Positions 1 to 10,123 of a DNA stretch of 64,000 bases are shown here, piece after piece (within the stretch, counting starts at the first letter, position 1; every line of letters begins with the position of its first letter). The position numbers were made by a program, and so were the translations under genes. Under the pieces are notes generated by a model that worked only from the letters and a program-made list of their open reading frames with translations, was not told where the DNA came from and ran no database searches. Origin of the DNA: Macrostomum hystrix (Eukaryota > Animalia > Platyhelminthes); NCBI GenBank assembly GCA_950097015.1, contig CATNEN010000002.1:868001-932000 (forward strand). Direction: 5' to 3'.

Positions 1-4
1 ACGG

Positions 5-2215
5 ACGTACTAATTTCCCGATTGACATTCACATTCACATTCACATTCAAACAAGAGCATTGTAACTTAAAAAATAACCATTCAATTACAGCCAAACTTA
101 CAAGATATTCTGATGCAACTAAAATAACGTTCCAAAATAAATATAATTTATTTTTGTCAATGCATAAAAGAATTACACAGCTTTGAAGTTTGTTCCTATC
201 TCCGCAGTGTATTTTTTTGTACTTTCAAAAAGACACTTCTACTGCATAAATCGCAATGAAAATTTACAAAACCTCTGATGCAATCGAGTTGATTGAATGT
301 GTAAAATTTCAGACTGATTCATGAAAGCGTCTGCGGGTTATTCAAGGTTAAAGTGTGTTTCGTATCTCCGTAGTGTATTTTCTACTATCACACACACTTG
401 AAACTTTTCAGAAAAGTTGCACAATTTCTCAGTGTTTAGCAAACCAAATACCCAAAAATTATTTTGCAGAATGTACAAGATATTCTGATTCCAATGTACA
501 CGGGAAGCCATTTCTTTCTGCTTCACATCAGCCTCCCACTTCGCTTAGTTTTTAAGCTGGATTCGTTTTCCAGGCGCTGTACGATGTGCGATGGGATTAC
601 ACGAGTCTGATCGCCCCACTTTTTACGCTGGCGTGGTTGAGCATTGCACGCAAAGCGACTCGAGCAGTTGTGGCATATTTACCTGTCTGTACGGGCGCAG
701 CATTATGCTAGGCAAAAGCCTGGCGTTTCCGACGGATTTTTCACTACTGAGGAATGCGCGAGCGTACATCTGGAAGGTAATCCAAAATTACTCCGTGACA
801 CCGCAGGGAGTCGTCTGTCCCCATTGCGATCCAGCTTTCCGTGACGCAAGTTTTGTACACACGGTATGAACACAGGATATAATCTGCAGATGTAAGTAGA
901 TATGTGTTATACACATAAAAGGCTGCGTTTTCTCATTTGCTTTTTAGTGCTCATCTTGTCTGGGATTCCACGAAGACAGCACATGCATCGTATCACGTGG
1001 CTCATCGTACTTCTGTCGCAGCTGTCGATCATTATTCGAAAACTGAACTGAATCGATCGACACAACCTCTGTGCGCAGACGTCCACCCACATACCTGGGA
1101 CCCCACTCCATAAATTCTACTCAAAGTATATAGAATAAACCAAAATTAGTACGAATTTTCTACCTTTCCGTGCCAGCTCTAAAAATCCTGGTTTGGGACG
1201 GGACCCGGCCGTCCCTCGTGAGACTGTGACAATTCATGCATGGTATACATTACAGTTAAAATATACGGAGTGGTGGCATTCCCGTGTCTCTTCCATGCCA
1301 TGCAGTAACCAGCTTTAACCTGTATACAGAAACCTGGTGTGACCAAATCTTTTTGCGTATTTCTGTGTTTATCCAATAAAAAACGATACATTTCTAAATC
1401 GCTCACTATAACCGACACATCTCAACTGTTTAGATCGCTTGCATCCAGAGCAATTGTTTCAATTATTGTTTTCGTTCACATTTCCTCGTTAAAAATTTTT
1501 TTCTCTGCCCATACTCCGTTCCACAATATAATATATGTTCTCATTTTCTTAGTTTCAATTTCGAATTTTTTAAGCACTAGCTACTGCTATAAAAGCGGTG
1601 TTTTGCAAGATAATCGTTCAAAAGCTTTATTCGCAATTGTCTTTTTGGACTAAACACTGTACTTTGCAATTGTCACAATTCGTAAGTGTTTAAAAGCAAA
1701 TATACAATTCACACATTTTCGTTTTTTGGTTTTGGTTTTTTCCCACCCGTTCAACTCGATTGCATCAGAGGTTTTGTAAATTTTCATTGCGATTTATGCA
1801 GTAGAAGTGTCTGCCTGCGAATGTCAAGCTGGCTCCCAAAAATACACTACGGAGATACGAAACACACTTTAACCTTGAATAACCCGCAGACGCTTTCATG
1901 AATCAGTCTGAAATTTTACACATCCAATCAACTCGATTGCATCAGAGGTTTTGTAAATTTTCATTGCGATTTATGCAGTAGAAGTGTCTTTTTGAAAGTA
2001 CAAGAAAATACACTGCGGAGATAGGAACAAACTTCAAAGCTGTGTAATTCTTTTATGCATTGACAAAAATAAATTATATTTATTTTGGAACGTTATTTTA
2101 GTTGCATCAGAATATCTTGTAAGTTTGGCTGTAATTGAATGGTTATTTTTTAAGTTACAATGCTCTTGTTTGAATGTGAATGTGAATGTGAATGTCAATC
2201 GGGAAATTAATACGT
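5..2215. mobile_element. Non-autonomous long-TIR DNA transposon, probably MULE/Mutator-like
   Basis: 5-380 is the near-perfect reverse complement of 1840-2215 (about 376-bp TIRs). Each TIR has an internal repeat TATCTCCG(C/T)AGTGTATTTT. The right flank 2216-2224 is TGGTAACGG; its last 4 nt equal window bases 1-4 (ACGG), which fits a 9-bp TSD cut by the window edge. No transposase ORF was recognised inside. Confidence 0.75.
470..1046 (+). pseudogene. Ulp1/C48 (SUMO-protease-like) catalytic fragment plus C-terminal PHD-like zinc finger, inside the TIR element
   Basis: After acceptor TTTGCAG (469) the frame reads NVQDILIPMYTGSHFFLLHISLPLRLVFKLDS (His and Asp motifs). After a 1-nt frameshift it reads QSDSSSCGIFTCLY (Gln-Cys motif) ...VCPHCD. 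A phase-0 GT-AG intron at 864-947 joins CSSCLGFHEDSTC...FCRSCRSLFEN-stop (1046). Confidence 0.65.
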
Positions 2216-2308
2216 TGGTAACGGTTGGTTTCAGGAGCATACCAGCGCTGCTAAAATAACCACATTTTCCACGGTTAAAACTTAGCATCCTACTTAGGTG
2301 GCTAAGAA

Positions 2309-3298
2309 ATGGAGCTGCCTATATACGACGCCCTTAATTTGCTCGAAGAGGAACCCGGGCCGCGTCCAAGGGAATTTCGAGAGCGCTTGAACTTCGTCGA
2401 CGACTGGGATTTTAGACAGCGCTTTAGAATGTTGCCACCTACGTTCGAGCATCTGCTCGAACGAATTCGCCCAACCTTGGAGTATGGTAGCGTTCGAAGT
2501 GGTCAATTGAGTGCCAGGGAGCAAGCGTTGACCGCATTGCGTTTCTACGCCTGTAACGGCTTCTACCACGTACTTCGAGACGCGCATGGGCCTTCCGAGT
2601 CGTCTGTCACAAGAGTTGTGCGCCGCGTAACGACTGCCATCAACTCTGAGCTTTTTCACCATACCGTTGCTTGGCCGGACATCAACAACGTTGTGCAGAA
2701 GTTCTTTAACATCGCAGGAATGCCTTCTGTCTGTGGACTCATCGAGGGGACCCTTATTCCCATTAAGAAACCAGGACTTCACGAAAACCAGTTCGTGGAC
2801 CGTAAAGGTCAACACTCGTTGAATGTGCTACTTTTGAGCGGACCAGATCATCAATTTTATTTTTGCAACACATCATGGCCGGGAAGTGTAAGCGACGCAA
2901 GGGTGTTGCGCAACAGCAGTCTGTTTACACTTTTCCAGATGGAGCAATGGCGTCCAATCCCAGGAGCCGTCATACTCGGTGACAGTATTTTCCCTTGCTT
3001 GGATTGGTTAATACCACCTGTTCTAGGCGACAATCTGCCTCCAGCAACCGCCGCATTTAACAGGGCTCAAAAGAAGACGCGATCAGTCGTAGAGCGCAGT
3101 ATCGGACTGCTAAAATTGCGCTTCCCCTGTCTCAATGGTCTGCGCGTTCAAGGTCCTGTTTACTCTGCTGAGATAGTCAAGGCGTGTGTTGTTCTGCACA
3201 ATCTTGCATTCAACTTGAAGGACAGGTTGACGACAATTTGGCAGCAGAGCTTTTGCATCCGGTGGTGGGCATCGATATACCCATGGAGGGCGAAGTAG
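2309..3298 (+). CDS. Harbinger (HARBI1-like) DDE transposase, probably inactivated
   Basis: Motifs: LTALRFYA, CGLIEGT (canonical GAIDGTH), RKGQHSLNV, WPGSVSDARV, LGDSIF, FNRAQKKTRSVVERSIGLLKLRF, CVVLHN. The first catalytic Asp is Glu. The acidic C-terminus (EGQVDDNLAAE...RRRQLIELFQ-stop, about 3347) lies in another frame. Confidence 0.9.
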   Translation: MELPIYDALNLLEEEPGPRPREFRERLNFVDDWDFRQRFRMLPPTFEHLLERIRPTLEYGSVRSGQLSAREQALTALRFYACNGFYHVLRDAHGPSESSVTRVVRRVTTAINSELFHHTVAWPDINNVVQKFFNIAGMPSVCGLIEGTLIPIKKPGLHENQFVDRKGQHSLNVLLLSGPDHQFYFCNTSWPGSVSDARVLRNSSLFTLFQMEQWRPIPGAVILGDSIFPCLDWLIPPVLGDNLPPATAAFNRAQKKTRSVVERSIGLLKLRFPCLNGLRVQGPVYSAEIVKACVVLHNLAFNLKDRLTTIWQQSFCIRWWASIYPWRAK

Positions 3299-3621
3299 TG
3301 AACGCAAACGACAACCGGCGGAGACAACTTATTGAATTATTCCAATGACTGATTTGAATCGATAACAGAAACTAACTATTGAAAAGCATGTTAAAGAACA
3401 AATGTTAATGTTAAAAGTTTATGTATGCAACTTTTGCGAACACAGCGTTATTGAATTTTAATCCTGTCGTATGTTGGAAAGTTAAAGCTTTTAAATTAAT
3501 TCATAAACACTGATATAAACACTGAAACTAATAAACGCGTGAATAAATGATGCAACAAATGTAAACAACACAATGTGTTTTTCGGTGTTCATTCAATCTA
3601 AATAACAGCTTTAGCATAGTA

Positions 3622-4503
3622 CTAGCAAGTTTTGCCCCCATTCGGGGAGCAGAAATATTTTTAATTCGTCCAGTAGATACTTTTTAGCAGCTGTAGTTTC
3701 AGCTTTTTTAAGTTACAATGATCCCCCAGCTGACAATGATCCCCAAGTTGACCATGATCCCCAAGCAAGATTTTCATTTTTAGTATAGTAGAAGATGAAG
3801 CATGTTTTATACAGTTCTCTGTTCGTTTACAACATCGGAAATGATTAAAGCAGCGGTGCATTCTTGCAATGCTATGCATTAGTGACACATCACTGATTTT
3901 AACATTTTTCATGATATCGTATTACTTGGCAGAGCTAGATCTATTTTTACACCGTGTTTACCAGCCTTCCTGTGCATATCAAACATTTTTAGTATATAAG
4001 ATGAATCATTTTTAATACAGTTCTCTGTTTGTTTACAACGTCGGAAATGATTAAAGCAGCGGTGCATTCGTGCAATGCTATGCATTAGTGACACATCACT
4101 GATTTTAACATTTTTCATGATATCGTATTACTTGGCAGAGCTAGATCTATTTTTTACACCGTGCTTACCTGCCTTACTGTGTATATCAAACAAAAGTCCT
4201 GGTGAAATTCTGCCGCAATTTTCCCTTGTTTTCCTCTAAGCTTTTCGCTTCCGATTACATTTTATCGCCCATTTTGCGAGGCAAGTTTGTCGCTTGTGAC
4301 TTGTATCTAGCACCGATGTTTAGGGAAGAGGGGAAGAGAAGATACAGAAGGGAAGTCGGGACTAGGTGATGTGGGGAGGAAGGGGACATAAGGAAGTTAG
4401 GCAGCGGGGAATATGGGAAAGATGAGATGTGGGGAAGTTTGAAGTTGGCGAAATATTAGTTTGGAAGAATGATATGTGGGAAAGATAGGGGTTTAGCTAT
4501 GAA
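3622..4503 (-). mobile_element. 882-bp insertion with a Helitron-like 3' end, flanked by a 22-bp direct repeat
   Basis: AAATAACAGCTTTAGCATAGTA occurs at both 3600-3621 and 4504-4525. On the minus strand the insert ends in hairpin TGCTCCCC-GAAT-GGGGGCA, then AAACTTG, then CTAG, followed by T. Confidence 0.45.
3775..4190. repeat. Two-copy tandem duplication, period about 206-209 bp, inside the 882-bp insert
   Basis: CAGTTCTCTGTT...GCAATGCTATGCATTAGTGACACATCACTGATTTTAACATTTTTCATGATATCGTATTACTTGGCAGAGCTAGATCTA occurs twice. This explains the twin ORFs MKNVKISDVSLMHSIARMHRCFNHF. Confidence 0.9.
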
Positions 4504-4514
4504 AAATAACAGCT

Positions 4515-5153
4515 TTAGCATAGTATATCATCTTGCTGCTCGAGTTCAAGTTTTCGGATTTCCAGGCGCAGCTTTTTGTTGCGTAGTCGTAGAAACTCGA
4601 GAACCAACTCTTCTTTTTCCGTCATCTTCTCCGGCTTCCTTCGACGTGGTGTCGATGGCGCTTCGCCTGCTTCGTCGCTGAGCAGGGCCAACATCGAAGG
4701 CGTGGCCATGGATGGCTTTTCCGCCGAGCTGCTAGGCATAGTACGGTTTAAGTTGTCTATATGGACAGATGCATCGGAAGCGGCATCGGGTCGAATGCAG
4801 GGCACACTTTCTTCGACATCAAGCCCACATACCGAAGAACTTTCCTTTCCAATGACTTCTAGAACCATACGATCCACATCTGTCTCCTTGGCAAGAGTCC
4901 CTCCTCCGGCGCCCGTCTGACGACTAGCGTCTCGCTTCTTCATTGTTGCCATCCGAATGTTTTTCCACATTGTGTCGCGCAGATATGCAACTGGCTTGCA
5001 CAACCCATTTGCCTCCATCGTGGTTCGGTTTTCCTCCGAAGCGTGTCGCTTTTTCGATTTGGCTTCTGCGTTATCCGCAAAACTACAGAACAAAACGGCC
5101 TTTTTGTCTCTCATGAGAGACAGAAAGAGGAGCTTTTGCTCCGGCGTGGACAT
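4515..5153 (-). CDS. Harbinger ORF2, Myb/SANT-like DNA-binding protein
   Basis: MSTPEQKLLFLSLM..KKAVLF...KSKKRHASEE...YLRDTMWKNIRMATMKKRDASRQTGAGGG, followed by a C-terminal coiled coil (LRLRNKKLRLEIRKLELE). It is convergent with the Harbinger nuclease. Confidence 0.8.
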   Translation of the reverse strand: MSTPEQKLLFLSLMRDKKAVLFCSFADNAEAKSKKRHASEENRTTMEANGLCKPVAYLRDTMWKNIRMATMKKRDASRQTGAGGGTLAKETDVDRMVLEVIGKESSSVCGLDVEESVPCIRPDAASDASVHIDNLNRTMPSSSAEKPSMATPSMLALLSDEAGEAPSTPRRRKPEKMTEKEELVLEFLRLRNKKLRLEIRKLELEQQDDILC

Positions 5154-5621
5154 GGGTTAAAATCTTCTCAGTTTTGACTTCTAAGCTAGCGAGACTAGAG
5201 CCTTATATACTACCCGCTCCTTCTCTTTCTCCTTCTCCAACTCAGCTTCTTCTTCTGCTGCAAAGCGAATGTCTATGGCACGAATTCAATGCTAGGGGGA
5301 ATAGCAGTACTGATATTTACCAGCAGATATTTACCAGTTGCTTTATGAAACCAGTTTTTAGCAGACTGCTGAATATCCACAGTTATTTTAGCTGCTGCTA
5401 ACTGCTAATTTACGAGTACCAGTTGCTCATGAAATCGGTCCCTGATGCTGTCCTTTGACGAGCGAAGTATTTTCAATCGAGTGAAAAGTCTCAGATTTGA
5501 TCTGTATCTAACAGCGGAAAGCGTTTGATAATTAGAAACTGACAGAAGCATCTATTTTCGCAACTGCTTATCGCGAGATTGTTGAAATTTCTGCTTTACT
5601 TTATTGCTTTTTTAATTTATG

Positions 5622-5895
5622 GGGGCCATAGAACCGCAGCCATGTAGCGAGGAGGCCTTTCTGCCGATTTCGCTGTCTCCAAGCACACAGATTCCGTACG
5701 CAGGCATACGCTCACACAGGTGTGTACATCTGCCCTGACTTTTTCATCGTCAGGCAGTTCACACCTCACTGTGCCTTGGAGTTTGGCCCACAAGGGCGTA
5801 AATTGCACGAACAGCCCCCAAACCTTCCCTCCGCGGCTGCGCCCCAAATGAATGTGGCCTTGCCGCGAAATCGAACTTAGGGACCTTGGTACGCT
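5622..5895 (-). mobile_element. tRNA-derived SINE, copy 1 (head truncated)
   Basis: Shares core GTGTACATCTGCCCTGACTT...GTCAGGCAG and GGCTGCGC(C/A)CCAAATG(A/G)ATGTGG with the copies at 38.1 and 46.8 kb. Minus-strand B-box GTTCGATTT. Confidence 0.7.
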
Positions 5896-5982
5896 CTGCA
5901 ACTGACACCCAGCTTAAAACGTTATTGTTGTATTAGTAAAATAGGTGGCAAATTTTCAGTACAAATTTTTGGTGACTAAAAC

Positions 5983-6477
5983 TTACTTGGTTGAATTCGG
6001 TGTCTGCTGACAAACACAAAAATTTTGTGTCAGGCAATTCGCATTGTTCAGCCTTTTGACCTGGATCACATAAACAAAAAATTTTCCATTGTCGCTTCCG
6101 TTGAGTTCGCCATTAGCTGCACTGCACCAGTGGTCGACGCCGTCTGGCAAGAGTACACCTGCCGTTGTGCCAGACATTTCTGTCAGTCTTGCGCTCGTCA
6201 GCCAAGTCTGTCACTCCCAGCCAGAACACGCAAGAGCTTCTGCTGAATCGGCTGCCCATTTTTTCTATTTCACCCCTTGCCTTGCTTTAGGGTGCTAAGG
6301 TCCGTCAGCAGCTGGTCGCCAGCTCACGAAAAAATCTTCAGTGCCTCGCACCACGTCACCTGCGTGTTCAGGTCCGCCAGCAGACAGCGACTCAGAAGCA
6401 GCAGGTTGACAGCCAGCGGACTCAGCAAGGCTAGTGGCAGTGACGGCTAAGAAAAGGCAGAAGGTTGTAAAAAACAT
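5983..6477 (-). pseudogene. Degenerate secreted C-type lectin, paralog of the gene at 7076-8885
   Basis: Signal-like MFFTTFCLFLAVTATSLA. Fragments in shifting frames: WCEALKI, FWLGVTDLADERKTDRNVW, HW...ELNG...RLNNANCLTQNFCVCQ. Several frameshifts and stops. Confidence 0.7.
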
Positions 6478-7075
6478 TTTTCAGATGGCGTTTTCTCAAA
6501 TCTCCTATATGTGAGTGGGATATTGGTTCGAATTGATACTCTGAAATCTAACAGGCAACAATGCGGACTAAGTTTTGCACTCTCTCATAGTTCAGACCCT
6601 ATACATTTCACAAATTAAATGATTCGATGATAGACAGACAGCTTCACGAAATTGATTTTGCTTGTTGATTGTGTCCGCATATCTCTATCTATGATCTCAT
6701 GGCTATGGAAAATGCAAGACCAAAGTACCAAATACTTGTTGTTTTTAATATTGAAAAAAAGTAAACGAGTAATAGAAAAAAAGTCTAAACTCGTAGTTTG
6801 GTCGCGGTTGCGATGCTCAATACAGTTGATGCTACAACTTAAATATCATCAACTCGGGACTTTGGATCGAATCTAAAGTCAAGAAACTGTATTTACTCGT
6901 TGATTCACCATGAGATATGCTAGAGTAACTGGCAGGGCTCATAAATTACTCCCTTTAGTTTTAGTATTTTGGGTGCAACTGTTTAAGATTCTGACAATAA
7001 GAAAAATTCTGTTTAAGCACAATGTGACAGGAAACAATTATCTGTATTTATATATTGTCCTAGCCAGGGCTCGCT

Positions 7076-8885
7076 TCAACGAAAGGGACGCATCGTGATC
7101 CAGTCGGTTGCACCGGTGATGTCGCTGGAATTCAACAGAGCGTCGGTGAACATCAGAGCGCGACATTGTCCGATACTGCGGCTGTGTATGATCGCCTTGG
7201 CCGGCGGCTGTCGGCTGACAGCGAAGGCAGCGCACTCGACGGGGCTGCTCAGAGGTTCGCTGCTCTGAGTGAAGCAGTACTGCGTCACGGTCCCAGGACG
7301 GACCACCGTCTCGGTGGCAGTGTAGCGCCAGAACTGTCCGCCTTTGTTATCGGTTCTGTATACCGGTTAAAATTCATTTTTTAAAAGCTGAAATATTACG
7401 CTAGTTTTCCCCCGGGGAAAGAGCAAGGGTTATTTCAAATTCCCTCTGCCTACTTCACAATAGCTCCCAAACCGGAGGGGCGAGTGGGTCAGCGGCTAGC
7501 GTCGCTGCCTCGCACTCCAATGGACGCTAGTTCGATTCTTCCTTCAAGTCACGATTCATTTCGGGACTTGTTGGTGGGTTTGGACAGTAGCGACCGGCGG
7601 AGGTGCACCATATTTCGTGCAATCAAAGCTTGAAATAATAGCTTCGCTCCTACCTTCTGTGTGCCTGTTCTGCGTTGTGTGAGTTGTGTGCGTTGGCGCT
7701 GGGGCGTGAGGCCTTGGGGGGTGGCTGGGGGGCGGGTGTACACCGCCGCGCGCTTTCTGGATTTCTGGATCTGGATCAGCGCGATTGGATACGTGTACAC
7801 TCATCACCCGCCCCTGAGGACTGATTTCTTATCAGCCTTTCCCCCCGGCTTGGTCTGCTCTATGCGTGTGGGGCTGGGGTGGGGGGCACTGCTGCATATT
7901 CTGGGTGCCTCCTGCCCTCCCCGGCTGGTCTGTGCTGCTGTGTGTGGTGCCTGCTCAGGGGAGGCGGCGCGATGGGCGCTAAGCGCCTAGTTCGCCGGTC
8001 TGGGGGCGTGCCGCTCCGTCGCTTGTGCGACAAGTGCCCCGGGCCCCCTTGCAAATAGATAGATAGAGAGCTCTCAAACCGAATGGCTGATTTTCCGCCA
8101 TTTACGATTAACTAAACTCAAAGCCGGCCGAGTCAGCATCGTCGAGATATTCAGCGATTATTGTCGAAGACCCTGCTGACAGGAACAAGTAATGTTGCTT
8201 TGTTCATAGCGATTGGTAAAATATTTTGGTAGAATTTTTTTTTACAGAAAAAAATGTTGGTATTTGAAAAACACCCGGGGTATACTGCTGCAAAGACATT
8301 TATTACCTAATTTCTTATTCTCATTGTCTCATTTCTCATTTTTTCACTCCTTAGAGCTCACCCGCTCGATGCCGTTGGAATCCGCTGGCACACGAAGCCA
8401 AACTTGGCATTGCAGTGAACATCGTTCAGCCTGGCCATGTCCGTGCTGTAGGCCAGACAGTTCTCATTAAAGTCACCGTTAGGCTCGCTGCTTTCGGCTC
8501 TCCAGAAGTCCTCTCCTTTGGGCATGAAGCCACCAGAAGCGCTCCCGGCCAGCTGCCAGCCGCTCCTGTTATTGAACCGCTCGTTTAACAAGTCAGTGAC
8601 ACCGAGCCACAGCCATCCGGCGGTCATGTTGAACAAAGCGCCAACCGTCTCCAGTCCGCCACCGACTCGGATGACGGTCAGGTCTGTCAGCAGCTCTCCG
8701 CCAGCCAGCCAGCACAGCTGTTGAGCATCGCACCAATTGACAGCCTGTTTGAGTTCAACCAGCAGGCAGCTGCCGCTGAGCTGGACGCTGAACGGTTTCA
8801 GGCAGGTGTCTGTCGCTGCCGACTGCCCGCCTGTCAAAGCGTAGCTGAACTTCAGCAGGAAGAAGAATGTCCCTGTTGGAGACAT
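7076..8885 (-). CDS. Secreted C-type lectin plus degenerate PAN/apple-like domain; exons 8885-8362 and 7355-7076, about 267 aa
   Basis: CTLD motifs: NWCDAQQLC..GGEL, WLGVTDL, W....EPNG..ENC, LNDVHC..FGFVCQ. A phase-2 GTGAG/TACAG intron joins in frame to TDNKGGQFW...SSPVECAAF...GQCRAL. The N-terminus is hydrophobic. Confidence 0.8.
7477..8068 (+). mobile_element. Possible retroelement remnants in the lectin intron: a tRNA-like head (7477-7543), then a GC-rich segment with an (AGAT)n tail
   Basis: A-box-like GTGGGTCAGCGG and B-box GTTCGATTC. A short ORF end SFRDLLVGLDSSDRRRCTIFRAIKA-stop, G-run-rich sequence, and terminal AATAGATAGATAGAGAG. The family was not recognised. Confidence 0.3.
8088..8189 (+). 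repeat. Dispersed repeat of about 100 bp, also present at about 54258-54366
   Basis: GTCAGCATCGTCGAGATATTCAGCGATTATTGTCGAAGACCCTGCTGACAGGAACAAG here versus GTCAGCATCGTCGAATTATTCAGCGATTCTTGTCGAATACCCTGGTGACAAGAACAAG at 54.3 kb. Confidence 0.75.
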
Positions 8886-10123
8886 GACGTCAAAGTCATG
8901 GAAAATCACCCGTCTGATGCATTTCCAGGACCTTAACCTAGACTTTTATACTGCTCAATTCATTGTGTTTAACTTTCTAGGAGTTACATTTGCCACTCAA
9001 ATGCCGTCAGTTTAAGCTAACATACTCGTACAAGTTCACAAGCTAGCTAGACAGAAATTCTAAGCAAAAGAATAGCCAGACGTACTGAACTAAATTCTTT
9101 GAATTTCTATTTGCTGCTGAGTTCAGGCAAGCAAACAATTGGTGTACTCAAGTATTAGTCCCACCGAGTGCGTTAATTGGTCTTTGCAGGCTTTAGCGAT
9201 TATAAAATTTCATTCCAGACTTGCCTAATGAGAAACAAATATTGACTGGCGAGTTCTTGGAAATATAGGTTTCTACTGGTTTTATATCCGTCATTCAAAA
9301 CGGAGGCAAGATAGCAAATGTACTTTTGTAGTGAGTCATATTAAAAGCCAATTTATAAGCAATACTTTTATACCTGAAAAATATAAGTCTCAATTAAGTT
9401 TCAGAAAATCGGAATGCAAATAAGTCCAACAAAAAATAGAGAAAATATAGACTTTTTGTTTATTTGATCAAGAAATTTTGTTACAATAAAGAGTGACTAA
9501 GGATTCAGAAATAAATTTGTTTTATTTTCCTAGACGCAAAACATAAAAATAATAAATGGTGACAAAGAAGTCCGAAAAACAAAGACAAAAAACTAACTTT
9601 TACGAGTACAATTGCTGGCTTCTACACCGTAAATATCGATAAAATGTTTGAAATCTAATAAAATTTAACAAGAAAAGTAAAAAAAAACATCTAAAACGGT
9701 TAGTATTCATAAAATATAAAAAAGCAGAGTCTAAGGCGGATTTCAATCTGTATAGAGTTAGGTAAGGCAGCCATTGTGAGAATAAGGTACGTAACAAGTT
9801 TTCGTATGCAAAGTTGCACTTTTCCGAACATTTTCTCGATTGCAGTTCACCAGGTTCGCTCATTGCTACTCATTAGTAGACAGTCTGGGGCACGGCTCGA
9901 CTAAAAGCGTAGAAAAAATGTTATCGATTAGTTGATCATTATTAACTTGATGGATTTGTGGATAAATGATGTTTTGCTAACAAAGCATCATGATTACACA
10001 CAAGCTCATTACAGGTATCATTAGCTACCGGTGAGATGGTTTAGATTTTGTCATGCAAGAAGCTGAGGTAGGATAGCCAAACTGCAGATGCAGGTGAGAC
10101 TAATCGGACTCGCTAAAATAGAC

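Larger units (their letters stand above)
2216..5442. mobile_element. PIF/Harbinger transposon with two convergent genes; left end outside the window or interrupted by the TIR element
   Basis: A DDE transposase and a Myb/SANT ORF face each other. Candidate right end ...TGCTCATGAAATCGGTCCC at 5442. A related subterminal motif (GGTTTCAGGAGCA...GCTAAAATAAC) lies at about 2227-2260 in inverted orientation. Confidence 0.75.

Noticed and set aside
1179-1470. Minus-strand peptide IALDASDLNS*DVSVIVSDLEMYRFLL, resembling the N-terminal part of a Ulp1 domain
   Set aside because: The match is short, contains a stop, and has no downstream catalytic motifs; too weak without an HMM search.
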